Origin: a virus
Lineage: Duplodnaviria; Caudoviricetes
Strand: one strand, 5' to 3'
IMG/VR virus record: IMGVR_UViG_3300047457_001195
Span: 1 to 59,226 of that record
Length of the DNA stretch: 59,226 nt
The position numbers were made by a program, and so were the translations under genes. Shown piece after piece: positions 39,555 through 48,780 of this stretch; position 1 is the first letter of the stretch; every line of letters starts with the position of its first letter. Below the pieces are notes generated by a model. That model did no database searches. It saw nothing but the letters and a program-made list of their open reading frames with translations, and had not been told where the DNA came from.

Positions 39555-39573
39555 TATTTATAGGCTATAAATA
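39555..39573. promoter_or_regulatory. Back-to-back divergent TATAAATA late promoters
   Basis: TATTTATA-GGC-TATAAATA: one copy on each strand, facing the iscU/iscA arm and the erpA arm. Confidence 0.7.
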
Positions 39574-39578
39574 ATTAT

Positions 39579-39902
39579 ATGATCATTATTAGTGATTCAG
39601 CAAAAAAACGGATATTAGAGCTGTTAGCTGAGGAAAATAATCCAAGTCTTAAATTGCGCACCTTTGTCCAAGGTGGTGGTTGTTCTGGATTCCAATACGG
39701 ATTTACATTTGATGAAGATCAAGCAGAAGATGATTGGACCTTTCCAATCGATCATACTTTTCTTCTTGTTGACGCAATGAGTATGCAGTATATGGAAGGC
39801 GCAGAAATTGACTACAAAGAAGATATTAATGGAAGCCAATTTGTTATTAAAAATCCTAACGCTAAGACTACTTGTGGATGTGGATCTAGTTTTTCAGTAT
39901 GA
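39579..39902 (+). CDS. erpA: A-type Fe-S carrier ErpA
   Basis: [43 protein letters not shown]. Confidence 0.92.
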   Translation: MIIISDSAKKRILELLAEENNPSLKLRTFVQGGGCSGFQYGFTFDEDQAEDDWTFPIDHTFLLVDAMSMQYMEGAEIDYKEDINGSQFVIKNPNAKTTCGCGSSFSV

Positions 39903-40237
39903 AGCCTTGGACGAGAAACGATACTAAAGATTGGATAGCTTCTGCTCAAAGCAGAATTGAAGATTTCAACTATTATCTAGGAAGAACTGTAGATTTTTGC
40001 GAGCAGCAAGGAATTTGGGAAAATCAAAAGGTTGTCATGTGCTGTCTCATAACCTGTATTTGGGTCAGCAGTATGCGGGAAGAAAATATTTCATTTCAAG
40101 AAATAATAGAAATTATGGGCATTGAGAACGAATATGATGAAGAAATAGAAGATAGGATATATTCTGTGTGTTCAGAATTTCAGTCCCTTGATCATGAAGA
40201 AATCCTGTCTTTACTAATAAAAGGTAGTAAGTGGTGA
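39899..40237 (+). CDS. Hypothetical acidic protein
   Basis: ATGA overlap with erpA; 112 aa. Confidence 0.65.
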   Translation: MKPWTRNDTKDWIASAQSRIEDFNYYLGRTVDFCEQQGIWENQKVVMCCLITCIWVSSMREENISFQEIIEIMGIENEYDEEIEDRIYSVCSEFQSLDHEEILSLLIKGSKW

Positions 40238-40483
40238 CTACTTTCCGTCGTAATCTTTTACAGGACCACCGTGTAGTTCACTTTTCATTTTTTTACCTTT
40301 AATACGAACCCCACTGCCCTTTTTACCTTGTTTGCCCGTACCTGCGGTATGATCGCTATCGTGTTTTAAAAGACCACGACTTACGCATTGGCTGTATCTA
40401 ACATTGCTCAATCTTGCCTTGCCTACAGAGCATTGGCTAGCTGTAGGTGCGGCGATTTTTTCTAATAGTTCCTGGATGCGCAT
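40238..40483 (-). CDS. Small basic protein with MRIQELLE N-terminus
   Basis: Start moved to 40483; AATAAATA 5 nt upstream; Lys/Gly-rich. Confidence 0.65.
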   Translation of the reverse strand: MRIQELLEKIAAPTASQCSVGKARLSNVRYSQCVSRGLLKHDSDHTAGTGKQGKKGSGVRIKGKKMKSELHGGPVKDYDGK

Positions 40484-40491
40484 AAAATTAT

Positions 40492-40824
40492 TTATTTGAA
40501 TAGTATCAAACTCATAATTACAGTTTGGGCACAGAAGCCCAGGCATATGGTTGCAATGTATAAAAAATTACGCTCAATAAGGCTTTTGAAGAATAATGTA
40601 ATTAAACCACTCCATACAAAAATCATAAGGTCAACGGATGGAAGTTTATCGTTTTGTGCCATAAGAACCGATAATAATGTAGGAATACTGGCTAAGTGTA
40701 ATAATATTATCGTGAGCCAGCCAAGAGTATGAGCACTAATATGTCCCAAGTGTTCCTTTATCCAAGTCCAAATAATTAAAGGTAACCCTTGGATAAATGT
40801 AGCTAATTTTTCAACATAATTCAT
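40492..40824 (-). CDS. Small multi-pass membrane protein
   Basis: About three hydrophobic segments; directly downstream of the wall hydrolase. Confidence 0.7.
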   Translation of the reverse strand: MNYVEKLATFIQGLPLIIWTWIKEHLGHISAHTLGWLTIILLHLASIPTLLSVLMAQNDKLPSVDLMIFVWSGLITLFFKSLIERNFLYIATICLGFCAQTVIMSLILFK

Positions 40825-40832
40825 TTAAGATC

Positions 40833-41390
40833 TCACTTATAAAAAATATGGCGGCCAATCTTAGCCACACGTTCCTTCTTCCATCCTGGATTTATATAAT
40901 CAGCATGAAAATATAATGCATCAGTTAGGCTAGGTAACCTAAATCCCTCAAGCAGAACCTTTTTAGCGACCTCCATGCTTTCGTCGTAGATTGCTGGATG
41001 CTTTGGGTTAAAGTTTACGGTTCTATCACAGACCCAGCTAAACTGGCATAATACTTTATCATAAAATATATTCTTTTGAAACACTACTTTACAGATATCA
41101 CCAGGAAAACGACCGTCGCTGTTGGCCCTGTTGAGAGTAACCTGCGCAACTGCAACTTTTCCTTCAAAAGGTTCTGCTCCTGCTTCGTGATAGATATTAC
41201 GAGCAAGGCAGGATAACTGTTTTTCTCTAACTTGTGCAGTAATCTTGTTTTCTTCTAAAACTTCTACTGACGATAATCTATGTCCTACGGCCCAAGATGC
41301 CAATTGAAAAATCAAAAAGGCGCCTAGCAGCATAAAAAATCCGCTCACAGCCGTAATAAACTTTTTTTGGCTTAAAATGTTTTCATCCAT
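40833..41390 (-). CDS. SleB/CwlJ-family (Hydrolase_2) cell wall hydrolase with N-terminal TM segment
   Basis: CLARNIYHEA..EP..GKVAVAQVTLNR, FP..IC.VV.Q, CQFSW, YFHA.YI.P.W, IG.HIFY; AGGAGG RBS. Confidence 0.9.
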   Translation of the reverse strand: MDENILSQKKFITAVSGFFMLLGAFLIFQLASWAVGHRLSSVEVLEENKITAQVREKQLSCLARNIYHEAGAEPFEGKVAVAQVTLNRANSDGRFPGDICKVVFQKNIFYDKVLCQFSWVCDRTVNFNPKHPAIYDESMEVAKKVLLEGFRLPSLTDALYFHADYINPGWKKERVAKIGRHIFYK

Positions 41391-41481
41391 AAAAAGTCCT
41401 CCTTTTCTTCATAGGGTAAGATAATTTATGTAAAAGAAGCAAGTATAAGTTCTAAATACTAAAAAAACAACTCATTTTGAA

Positions 41482-42036
41482 TCATTTTTTTCCTATTAGC
41501 ATGAATCTTTTGAATTGCCAATTAGGATATACAAACTCTTTTTCGCCTTGAAATACAATTTCCTCTAGGGGAAAGGTCTCTTTAAAATGCTCTAAAGACT
41601 TAAATTTAAACACATGATCATCATGTATCATGTCTGCACCTTGCAATGCTACCCAGGTTCCTTTGGTAATATTATTAAACCATTTTAAACTAGAGAAATG
41701 CTCAGTGCTAGTATTTACAACAAGATCAACCTGCCCATCTAAAAACTCTAAGCTATCACAATCTTCTGTATAGGCTTTAAATTGCCAATCCTGCCAAACC
41801 CAATTTTCATTAATCATATCTGCGATATGTTCGCAGCTAGGATCAACATCAAAACTTTGAATCTGTCCTACTTGAATTTTTCCTCGTGATAGTAGTAAAA
41901 AAGCAAATAGTCCATACCAGCCTCCGTAGACCCATATAGTATCAATACCAGCGAAAGCTTCTTCTAATTGTTCACAAAGCCAAAGTTTACTACCTATTTG
42001 GCCACTACTAAAGGCATCCTTTAACGGATCGTTCAA
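41482..42036 (-). CDS. Class I SAM-dependent methyltransferase-like protein
   Basis: Q..SKLWL, GGWYG, SFDVD, VVNTSTEH. Confidence 0.7.
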   Translation of the reverse strand: MNDPLKDAFSSGQIGSKLWLCEQLEEAFAGIDTIWVYGGWYGLFAFLLLSRGKIQVGQIQSFDVDPSCEHIADMINENWVWQDWQFKAYTEDCDSLEFLDGQVDLVVNTSTEHFSSLKWFNNITKGTWVALQGADMIHDDHVFKFKSLEHFKETFPLEEIVFQGEKEFVYPNWQFKRFMLIGKK

Positions 42037-42037
42037 T

Positions 42038-42703
42038 TCAAGCAGCCTTATAATGATATATTTGATGGCCCATATCTCTTTCTCCCCAAAGACATGGATA
42101 AGTTGCTATTACTTCAAGAGAGTTAAGTTCCCCCATCTTTCTAAAATCACGGTCCTTAGAAATGTCATGCTCAATTATAAACAAATCAGCATCGTCAGTT
42201 AACATAGGGCGAATATTATTAAAAAAATTCCAATGTGATTTCATTTGGTCGTCTACTAAAATTCTACATGTATTGGTAATTTCTTCTTGAGGTCTACCCG
42301 TCATAGATTCTAAGGTTTCTTGTAGATTAAAACTATGCGGAGGGTTCCCTATTACAAGATCCCATTTATAAGGAATATTAATATCTAGAATAGAATCTGT
42401 TACAAAACTATCTACCTTATCTATTAGACGATTAGAATTTACTGTTTCCTTAACACGTTCTATAGCGGTAGCATATGCATCCATAAAGGTAAAATGATTA
42501 CAAATTTCGAAACCTAGTAATTCAAATCCCATTCTGCCTGCACCTGAACACCATTCTAAACCATGTTCATAATTAGCCTTTCCACTTTCTAAAATTGCAG
42601 TATGGAGTGAAGGAAAAAATAAAGCACCTCCACCATCTAGATGAGGCTGAGTCTTTAGTTTCAAACCAGAAAGTAATAGCTCATTTATAATAGGTTCATC
42701 CAT
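42038..42703 (-). CDS. SAM-dependent methyltransferase (NPP-motif type)
   Basis: LEWCSGAG motif I; DLVIGNPPH motif IV. Confidence 0.8.
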   Translation of the reverse strand: MDEPIINELLLSGLKLKTQPHLDGGGALFFPSLHTAILESGKANYEHGLEWCSGAGRMGFELLGFEICNHFTFMDAYATAIERVKETVNSNRLIDKVDSFVTDSILDINIPYKWDLVIGNPPHSFNLQETLESMTGRPQEEITNTCRILVDDQMKSHWNFFNNIRPMLTDDADLFIIEHDISKDRDFRKMGELNSLEVIATYPCLWGERDMGHQIYHYKAA

Positions 42704-44234
42704 TTTTTAATCCTTTAGGTAAGTTTTCTGTATAAAAATCAGCTAATTCTGGAAAGACATCAGCGAAATTAAGATTTCTTCTTTTATCATATTGAAAAAA
42801 GTATCTGCTAAAATTCTCTCTATCAATTTTTAGCGCCTTCTTATCAATATTAGATCTATCTAAAAAGATAGATAAATTTCTTTCCATCTTAGCAATTTCG
42901 AAATCATAAAATCCGCAGAAGTTTTCAGTATTAGCGTGAGATTTCATAAAATTTATAGCATCAACAAAGTATTTTTCAAATTCTATTGGTAAAACTTGAA
43001 TGGCCATCCATCCTGGATTTCTTAAAAGTGGGATATCAAACCAAATACGTTGTCTAGGCGCAATTTCATAGTCCTCATGCTCGTGCCATTGATCTAAAAT
43101 TGGTATGAAACGTTTCCCTTGATTATCTCTAGAATACTTATTCCTCAATCCTAGGATATAAGCAAGGTAATCTTTTATTCTAGGAACACTTAGAGCATTA
43201 AATGTATTAATAAACGTTACGGTAGTATTAATAGTTTCGTTTAGCACGTAATGAATATTGTAATTCATTAATTTAAAATCTAAGCCTGTTCTAATATATT
43301 CAGCATGATCACCTACACTATCGACGCTGATAAACAATGCAAAATTTTTAAGCGCCATATTTACATACCAATTATTTCCAGCAGAGGGGTTAAACCTTTC
43401 TTTATTTTCCCAAATTTGTATTTCCTCAAGCCTTTTTAGCTTTTCTACAAATTTACGCATAAGCTCAGGCTTAGGCGGACATAGATTTGATGTAATGCTT
43501 ACTTCTAACCAACTATTAGGGTTTTCATAAATGTAGTCAAGAACCCTAAAGGTATTAACATCAATTAAAGGCTCACCTCCTGTAATTCTAAATACTTCTA
43601 ACTTTTTATATAAGCTAGGCCACCATTCCCAAAAAGCACGAAGATAAGGATTTTCGTCCTGTTTTACCTTAATAGGCATTAGCTTTTGCTTTTCTAGATA
43701 GATAATATCATTATGAAATGATTCATTTCCTTCTTTATCAATGATCTGAAATGGTCCATGCTCCTTTATTTCTTCTTCCCAAGTTGTGCTAAGATGAGGG
43801 CTGCAATACATACACTTAAAGTTGCAGGCTTGATTAAAATTAACTTCTACATATCTAGGATCAATATTGCCTGTATCTAGAGCATCAATAATATCAGCTC
43901 GTGCATTTTGAGCCCAATATTCTCCAGAACGATAAATCCTATCACTTCTTGATCCAGAATCTTCTATCTTCCAACAATAGCTACAACCTTCGGGTCTTTC
44001 GCCTTTAAGCATAAGGCTACGTTCATGCTTTTTTTGTTTAGTGTTATGCAGTGCGCTAGGATTAGATTTAAGTTCTTTTATATCAATCTTATGTAAAGGC
44101 GGATGATAACAACTATGAGTCATTCCATTAGTTAAGTGCATACTAACTTGTGCCCACTTTGCATAACACATGGTTTTAGAAATAAAAGACAATTGCTTTT
44201 CAGCTCGGTCAGCTGATTGATTATATTCACTCAT
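42696..44234 (-). CDS. Radical SAM enzyme with N-terminal auxiliary Cys cluster (twitch-like)
   Basis: CNFKCMYC, ITGGEP; N-terminal CYAKW, SCYHP, CSYCW. Confidence 0.9.
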   Translation of the reverse strand: MSEYNQSADRAEKQLSFISKTMCYAKWAQVSMHLTNGMTHSCYHPPLHKIDIKELKSNPSALHNTKQKKHERSLMLKGERPEGCSYCWKIEDSGSRSDRIYRSGEYWAQNARADIIDALDTGNIDPRYVEVNFNQACNFKCMYCSPHLSTTWEEEIKEHGPFQIIDKEGNESFHNDIIYLEKQKLMPIKVKQDENPYLRAFWEWWPSLYKKLEVFRITGGEPLIDVNTFRVLDYIYENPNSWLEVSITSNLCPPKPELMRKFVEKLKRLEEIQIWENKERFNPSAGNNWYVNMALKNFALFISVDSVGDHAEYIRTGLDFKLMNYNIHYVLNETINTTVTFINTFNALSVPRIKDYLAYILGLRNKYSRDNQGKRFIPILDQWHEHEDYEIAPRQRIWFDIPLLRNPGWMAIQVLPIEFEKYFVDAINFMKSHANTENFCGFYDFEIAKMERNLSIFLDRSNIDKKALKIDRENFSRYFFQYDKRRNLNFADVFPELADFYTENLPKGLKNG

Positions 44235-45364
44235 TTTGCGTCTTTAAAAAGAGAATCAATTTTTCTATCTTTATCAATACTCTTGCCGCATTGATTCCAG
44301 CAAACACCTATGCTCTTAGATTTCCAACTCTTACTGTAAATATCCAATACCTTGCTGTCTAAAATTTCTTTTAGACTATGATGATGTAGACTGTTTTTAT
44401 TTTCCATTTGAGATTGAATTTCTTGAACTTGAATAGCTTCAGGGCTATGAGTTACAAGCATTCTGACACCAACAAAGCAGCACGGTAAAACTCTTCCCAA
44501 GGCATCTATATAAATTTCCACTACTGACCTATCATGATAAGGAACTGGAGCTTTTCTTGAGCTCATACAATCTATACTACCTTCTACCTTTATAGGAATA
44601 AATTTCGGAGCAATATATCTAGGATCAGCAGGAACATACGGCGGATATCCGTTGTTATTAGCATGTTCAATAACATAATCTAATTTAAGATTTTTATCGT
44701 ATGCTGGCATAGCCTGTCCGTCTACTCCAAAAGGATTTTTTAAGATAAAAATCATACCATGTTGATAGGCTAACTCCCTAGCCTTTTCTATCTGGTGAAC
44801 ATTGTGTTTAAATTGAAGGAAATCCCAATGTGCAAGAGCACCAGTTTCTACGTAGGCTAAAAGATTTTCCCAGACCCTACTCCACTTAACATTACGTCTA
44901 TAGATATGATTAGTATCCTCCAATCCATCTATACTAAATGTAATCACACGTTTGGGAATTACACCATTTACTGGTTTTTTTTGAGCAAATAACTCTCCTA
45001 TTTGCCTATATAATGTTTTAGATCGCAGTCCCCCATTTGTATTAACCTGTATGTTTCCTGGACTATGTTCTGCTATATATTCCAAAATTTTGTAGATATC
45101 CTTACAGGCCATAGGATCGCCGTAATCTCCACATAGCAACCAATAGTAAATGTTTGACATTATTTCCTTTGGGAACCATTTAACGAAATCTTCATAGGTT
45201 ATTTCAGTTTGAATAAGCCTTGGATCAGGAATAGGACTATTCATCATAAACCTAGTGCATCCTGGGCAAGCGGCATTACACTTGCTAGAAAGTTCTATGT
45301 GAACTGAAGATATTTTTTCATATCTCCATAATGGGTGTTTAGTGGTTATTGCCAAATGTTCCAT
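44231..45364 (-). CDS. Radical SAM enzyme with C-terminal SPASM/twitch-like cysteines
   Basis: CNAACPGC, GDP, TNGG, FSIDG; C-terminal PCC and CWNQC. Confidence 0.88.
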   Translation of the reverse strand: MEHLAITTKHPLWRYEKISSVHIELSSKCNAACPGCTRFMMNSPIPDPRLIQTEITYEDFVKWFPKEIMSNIYYWLLCGDYGDPMACKDIYKILEYIAEHSPGNIQVNTNGGLRSKTLYRQIGELFAQKKPVNGVIPKRVITFSIDGLEDTNHIYRRNVKWSRVWENLLAYVETGALAHWDFLQFKHNVHQIEKARELAYQHGMIFILKNPFGVDGQAMPAYDKNLKLDYVIEHANNNGYPPYVPADPRYIAPKFIPIKVEGSIDCMSSRKAPVPYHDRSVVEIYIDALGRVLPCCFVGVRMLVTHSPEAIQVQEIQSQMENKNSLHHHSLKEILDSKVLDIYSKSWKSKSIGVCWNQCGKSIDKDRKIDSLFKDAK

Positions 45365-46401
45365 GTTTTTCTACAATAATCAGTTTTCTCTAGATGATGA
45401 TAAATTTCTTGAGCTAACAATCGATGTGCTTTGGAGCTAGGGTGTCCACAATTCATGATCCACTTTGTTTCACTTCCCCCATGTTCTCCACATATAGAAA
45501 GGTGGTTTAATGATGGATCATAGTTGTCTTCTTGACTTAATGCGAGAGTAAAAAAATTAGATTTCCCTTGAGGAGCAATAAATGAATTCCAATCAACAGA
45601 ATCAAATAAAAACTGATGATATCTATCAGGTTGAGAATCTTCTCGAATGTCTAGGATTTGTTTTTTTTGATCTCTGATTATCCTAGTTTTAGACATTTTG
45701 TAGAAATAGTCTGGGTTATAGTAATCATTGAATGCCGGGAAAGTGATTAATTTTGCATTATGATTTTTTACCCATGACGTCAATAGTTGATAATTTGTAA
45801 GGAAATTTAATGCTTCCCATTTCTCCGAATAAAGCTCTTGTGAAAATCCCTCTTGTAATTTATTCCAAGAGATAGTTTCATGGTTAGCATAAGAAGGCCA
45901 TGCAGTTCGGTAATAGTTATCGTGACTATTTTCATCGATTAGAATATCTAATCGATTGGCAGAAGTAGGGCAAAATACTACTATTATTTCATCAGCCTTT
46001 TTCCATTCAACAGGAACCAGAAATAGCTTCATAATACTAGATTTAAGGCCAGCTCCTGGGCTTCCGAAATTAATAGGTGTATATTCTTTTTTTAGGAAAT
46101 CTCTACATAAGATTGATGTGAAAGAATTCTCAACAAACATCTTGTCGAATTCTATATAGGAATAATCGTGATTGCTCATAATAAGTCCTGGAAATTTTTC
46201 TAATATTTTTTTACGTTCTATTACACTATAATTATTAAGAGTCCATGTTGCACCGTTAGAATACACAGGAGGGGAGCTGTCTAAGAGTTCTTGACTAAAC
46301 GCAGCTGATCCAAAAACAAAAGAACATCCTATAGATACAATAATTTTATTTGTTTGATCAAGACCTTGATTAATCGCTTTTACGCTTTTAGAATAGTGCA
46401 T
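45346..46401 (-). CDS. SGNH-hydrolase-like protein
   Basis: GCSFVFG, NFG.PG.G, C-terminal CGHP...H. Confidence 0.55.
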   Translation of the reverse strand: MHYSKSVKAINQGLDQTNKIIVSIGCSFVFGSAAFSQELLDSSPPVYSNGATWTLNNYSVIERKKILEKFPGLIMSNHDYSYIEFDKMFVENSFTSILCRDFLKKEYTPINFGSPGAGLKSSIMKLFLVPVEWKKADEIIVVFCPTSANRLDILIDENSHDNYYRTAWPSYANHETISWNKLQEGFSQELYSEKWEALNFLTNYQLLTSWVKNHNAKLITFPAFNDYYNPDYFYKMSKTRIIRDQKKQILDIREDSQPDRYHQFLFDSVDWNSFIAPQGKSNFFTLALSQEDNYDPSLNHLSICGEHGGSETKWIMNCGHPSSKAHRLLAQEIYHHLEKTDYCRKTWNIWQ

Positions 46402-47411
46402 TAGTTCCCCCGCAAATACTCAAAAACTAATCTAGCAAACAAATCATGACCTTTTTGTCCGGGATGACTACAAGGTGTCATCCAACCGAGCGGACTTCGC
46501 TTATTTTGAAATTGGAAATAAAACTCTTCTTTATCAGATAGATCAGGTTCATTCATCATACACATATGAGCCATTGTAAAATGTCCGTTGGGGTCAAACA
46601 TGAGATGCCACGGCCAGTGTTCTGCTAGAGATTCGGCATCATTGTCATGAATATAATGTGATTCATCTTTATACAACCAATTAGATTCTCTGCTAATAGT
46701 TTTTCTAAGAATAGATTTCATAATTGATTTTTCAAATCTTTTGTCAAAGGCAGGAGTAATTATTAGTTTGGCATTTTTATTTTGGCACCAACTTTCTAGT
46801 TCTTTAACAGCCAAATAAGATTCAATCATACCTGCTTTATCAGAAAAAACAGCTTCTGAATAAGCTCCCCAAAGTTTACCCATGGCAGAAGTTTCGTGCC
46901 CTTTGGGCAGACTAGGCCAGACAGTTTTAAACCAATTACCTGGTGTAGTAGCGGTGTCTTCAACGAAGTCAAATCTTTCTAGTGACGTTGGCATAAAAAT
47001 AATGATAAGTTCTTTTATCAAGTGCCAATTAATCTGAGGGTGCAGGTATAGCTGCTTTACCCTACCTCTATTAGATCCGCCTGCTTTTCCAAAGTTTATG
47101 GGAGTATATTCTCCCATAAAATATTTGTTCGCTAGAACATCTACAAAGGCGTTTCTAGCGCACATTTGAAATATCATAATTTGACTATTTTCAAGAATAA
47201 GGTCAGGATATTCCTTTACTATTCTTGCCTTGGTATTATCATCTGCTAGAATCTTTAAAGGATATCCAGGAGCTTCAAAGTGCCAATTATATTTTTCATA
47301 AAGATCATCATCTATAGCACCCTGCCCTTCCACAAATGAATCTCCTAGAGCAATTATTGCTTTATTTGTTTTAGCTAGACTATTGTTAATTTTCTGTATG
47401 TCTACTGGCAT
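46401..47411 (-). CDS. SGNH-hydrolase-like protein (paralogue of neighbour)
   Basis: GDSFVEG, NFGKAGGSN, CSHP..GH; aligns with 45346..46401 (YTPINFG, PTS..R.D, LI..PAF). Confidence 0.55.
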   Translation of the reverse strand: MPVDIQKINNSLAKTNKAIIALGDSFVEGQGAIDDDLYEKYNWHFEAPGYPLKILADDNTKARIVKEYPDLILENSQIMIFQMCARNAFVDVLANKYFMGEYTPINFGKAGGSNRGRVKQLYLHPQINWHLIKELIIIFMPTSLERFDFVEDTATTPGNWFKTVWPSLPKGHETSAMGKLWGAYSEAVFSDKAGMIESYLAVKELESWCQNKNAKLIITPAFDKRFEKSIMKSILRKTISRESNWLYKDESHYIHDNDAESLAEHWPWHLMFDPNGHFTMAHMCMMNEPDLSDKEEFYFQFQNKRSPLGWMTPCSHPGQKGHDLFARLVFEYLRGN

Positions 47412-48780
47412 TTTTATTAATATGATTAATCATTATTTCGTATAGATCAAAAACATAGGTTTCTGCTCTATTTTGAAAATGTCTAAAATTATACTTTAAT
47501 ATACCTTCTATATCGTAATACCATTTAAATTTTTCTTCTATACTAAATGATTGAATGCGACGCATTTCTTTAACAATATATTCCATCCTTTCAAATGTAG
47601 GTAGTTCATCGTAACCTTCATTGATATAAGGATAGAAAGTTTTATATCCTAATTTCCGTAAATTTTTTAGAACCCCCTTGCTACCGAGGATAATAAACGG
47701 ATGCTGACATGCTATAGGTTTAAATGTTTTTTCACTGATAAAACAGGTTCCTTCTGCATCACTACAGCTTGCTTCACTAACAACGCTGCACCATGTCTTC
47801 AAAGTTGTTATATCACTGATCTTAGAGATATATGCCCCACCATCACCACTTTCAAAATTTGATCGACCGTAGTTCTCGGGATTTTCAAAAGGCATTAAGG
47901 GCAATGTTAAATTTAATCTTTCAGCATCTTCGGGAGAAATAGATTTACCCTCATTATAGCTTTCTTGCCATGTGAATTTATTCATTGAAACTAGATTATC
48001 TCGAATTAAATCGGCATCGTGAAGATACTTATAAAACCATAAGCGATGAGGCCTAGTTCTTTTTTGTAAAATATTAAAAGTCTGTATAGCAGGAGGGTTA
48101 AACTTTTTAAAGGCCATTTGATAATCAAAATCTGGCAATTTTCTCATTACAATTTTGCCAGGGTGGGGTAATCCAAATTCGGTATACCCTCTTGATACTT
48201 CATATATAGCAAACTCAAAATGAGGCCATCCTACGACCAACATATCTGGTGGAACATTATGGGCTTCTGCCCATTGTCTGTATCTCTCTTCTGCTTCAAT
48301 GTCACCGGTAAAATACATAATCTGGCTAGGAGGAATACCGTAATCTTGACACGATGTATGGAACCAATCAAATAACCACGGAGCATGATAACCTTCATGT
48401 GTCTGATCTATGAGGAAAAAACCTTGCTTATTCCTTAGTAGCTCTAACATACTAGGATTTATAAAAGAAAACAAATTTTTATGATTAGGATTTTCTGGAT
48501 TTCCGCCATTACCTTTGCTGTCTGGTCCTGACCATAACCAAGGAGCGGGACCTACACTTATTGGCATGATAAATTTAAAATTGCCATAAGTAGGAGCATA
48601 CTTAATATCAACAATTTGTGGATAAGGTTTATTTAAAACTGGATTAGATTTAACCTGTCTTAGCATTGTAGAAGCTATAGGGCTTACTCCTACTCTAGGA
48701 TTTAAACCATTTTGCTCTCGGCAAGTGAGTAAATTTAATCCATCATATCCGACTAGTTTCTCAAAATAAAACCTTAACAT
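47386..48780 (-). CDS. Putative glycosyltransferase (GT10-like C-terminal motif)
   Basis: R.HR, VVSE...FISEKTFKPI...HPFI..G...L..LGYKTF...I.E.YD. Confidence 0.55.
   Translation of the reverse strand: MLRFYFEKLVGYDGLNLLTCREQNGLNPRVGVSPIASTMLRQVKSNPVLNKPYPQIVDIKYAPTYGNFKFIMPISVGPAPWLWSGPDSKGNGGNPENPNHKNLFSFINPSMLELLRNKQGFFLIDQTHEGYHAPWLFDWFHTSCQDYGIPPSQIMYFTGDIEAEERYRQWAEAHNVPPDMLVVGWPHFEFAIYEVSRGYTEFGLPHPGKIVMRKLPDFDYQMAFKKFNPPAIQTFNILQKRTRPHRLWFYKYLHDADLIRDNLVSMNKFTWQESYNEGKSISPEDAERLNLTLPLMPFENPENYGRSNFESGDGGAYISKISDITTLKTWCSVVSEASCSDAEGTCFISEKTFKPIACQHPFIILGSKGVLKNLRKLGYKTFYPYINEGYDELPTFERMEYIVKEMRRIQSFSIEEKFKWYYDIEGILKYNFRHFQNRAETYVFDLYEIMINHINKNASRHTEN

Noticed and set aside
35888-39902. 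Bacterial chromosome or host contamination, given infA, iscU, iscA and erpA
   Set aside because: No iscR/iscS/hscAB synteny; genes are interleaved with phage-type ORFs and share the TATAAATA motifs of the flanking virion genes.
41391-41481. Intergenic gap checked for tRNA or structured ncRNA
   Set aside because: AT-rich, no cloverleaf or strong stem; contains only an RBS and weak promoter-like words.
42038-42703. NPPH methyltransferase as a DNA adenine methylase of a restriction-modification system
   Set aside because: Short, no obvious target-recognition domain or cognate nuclease adjacent; NPP motifs also occur in protein and small-molecule methyltransferases.
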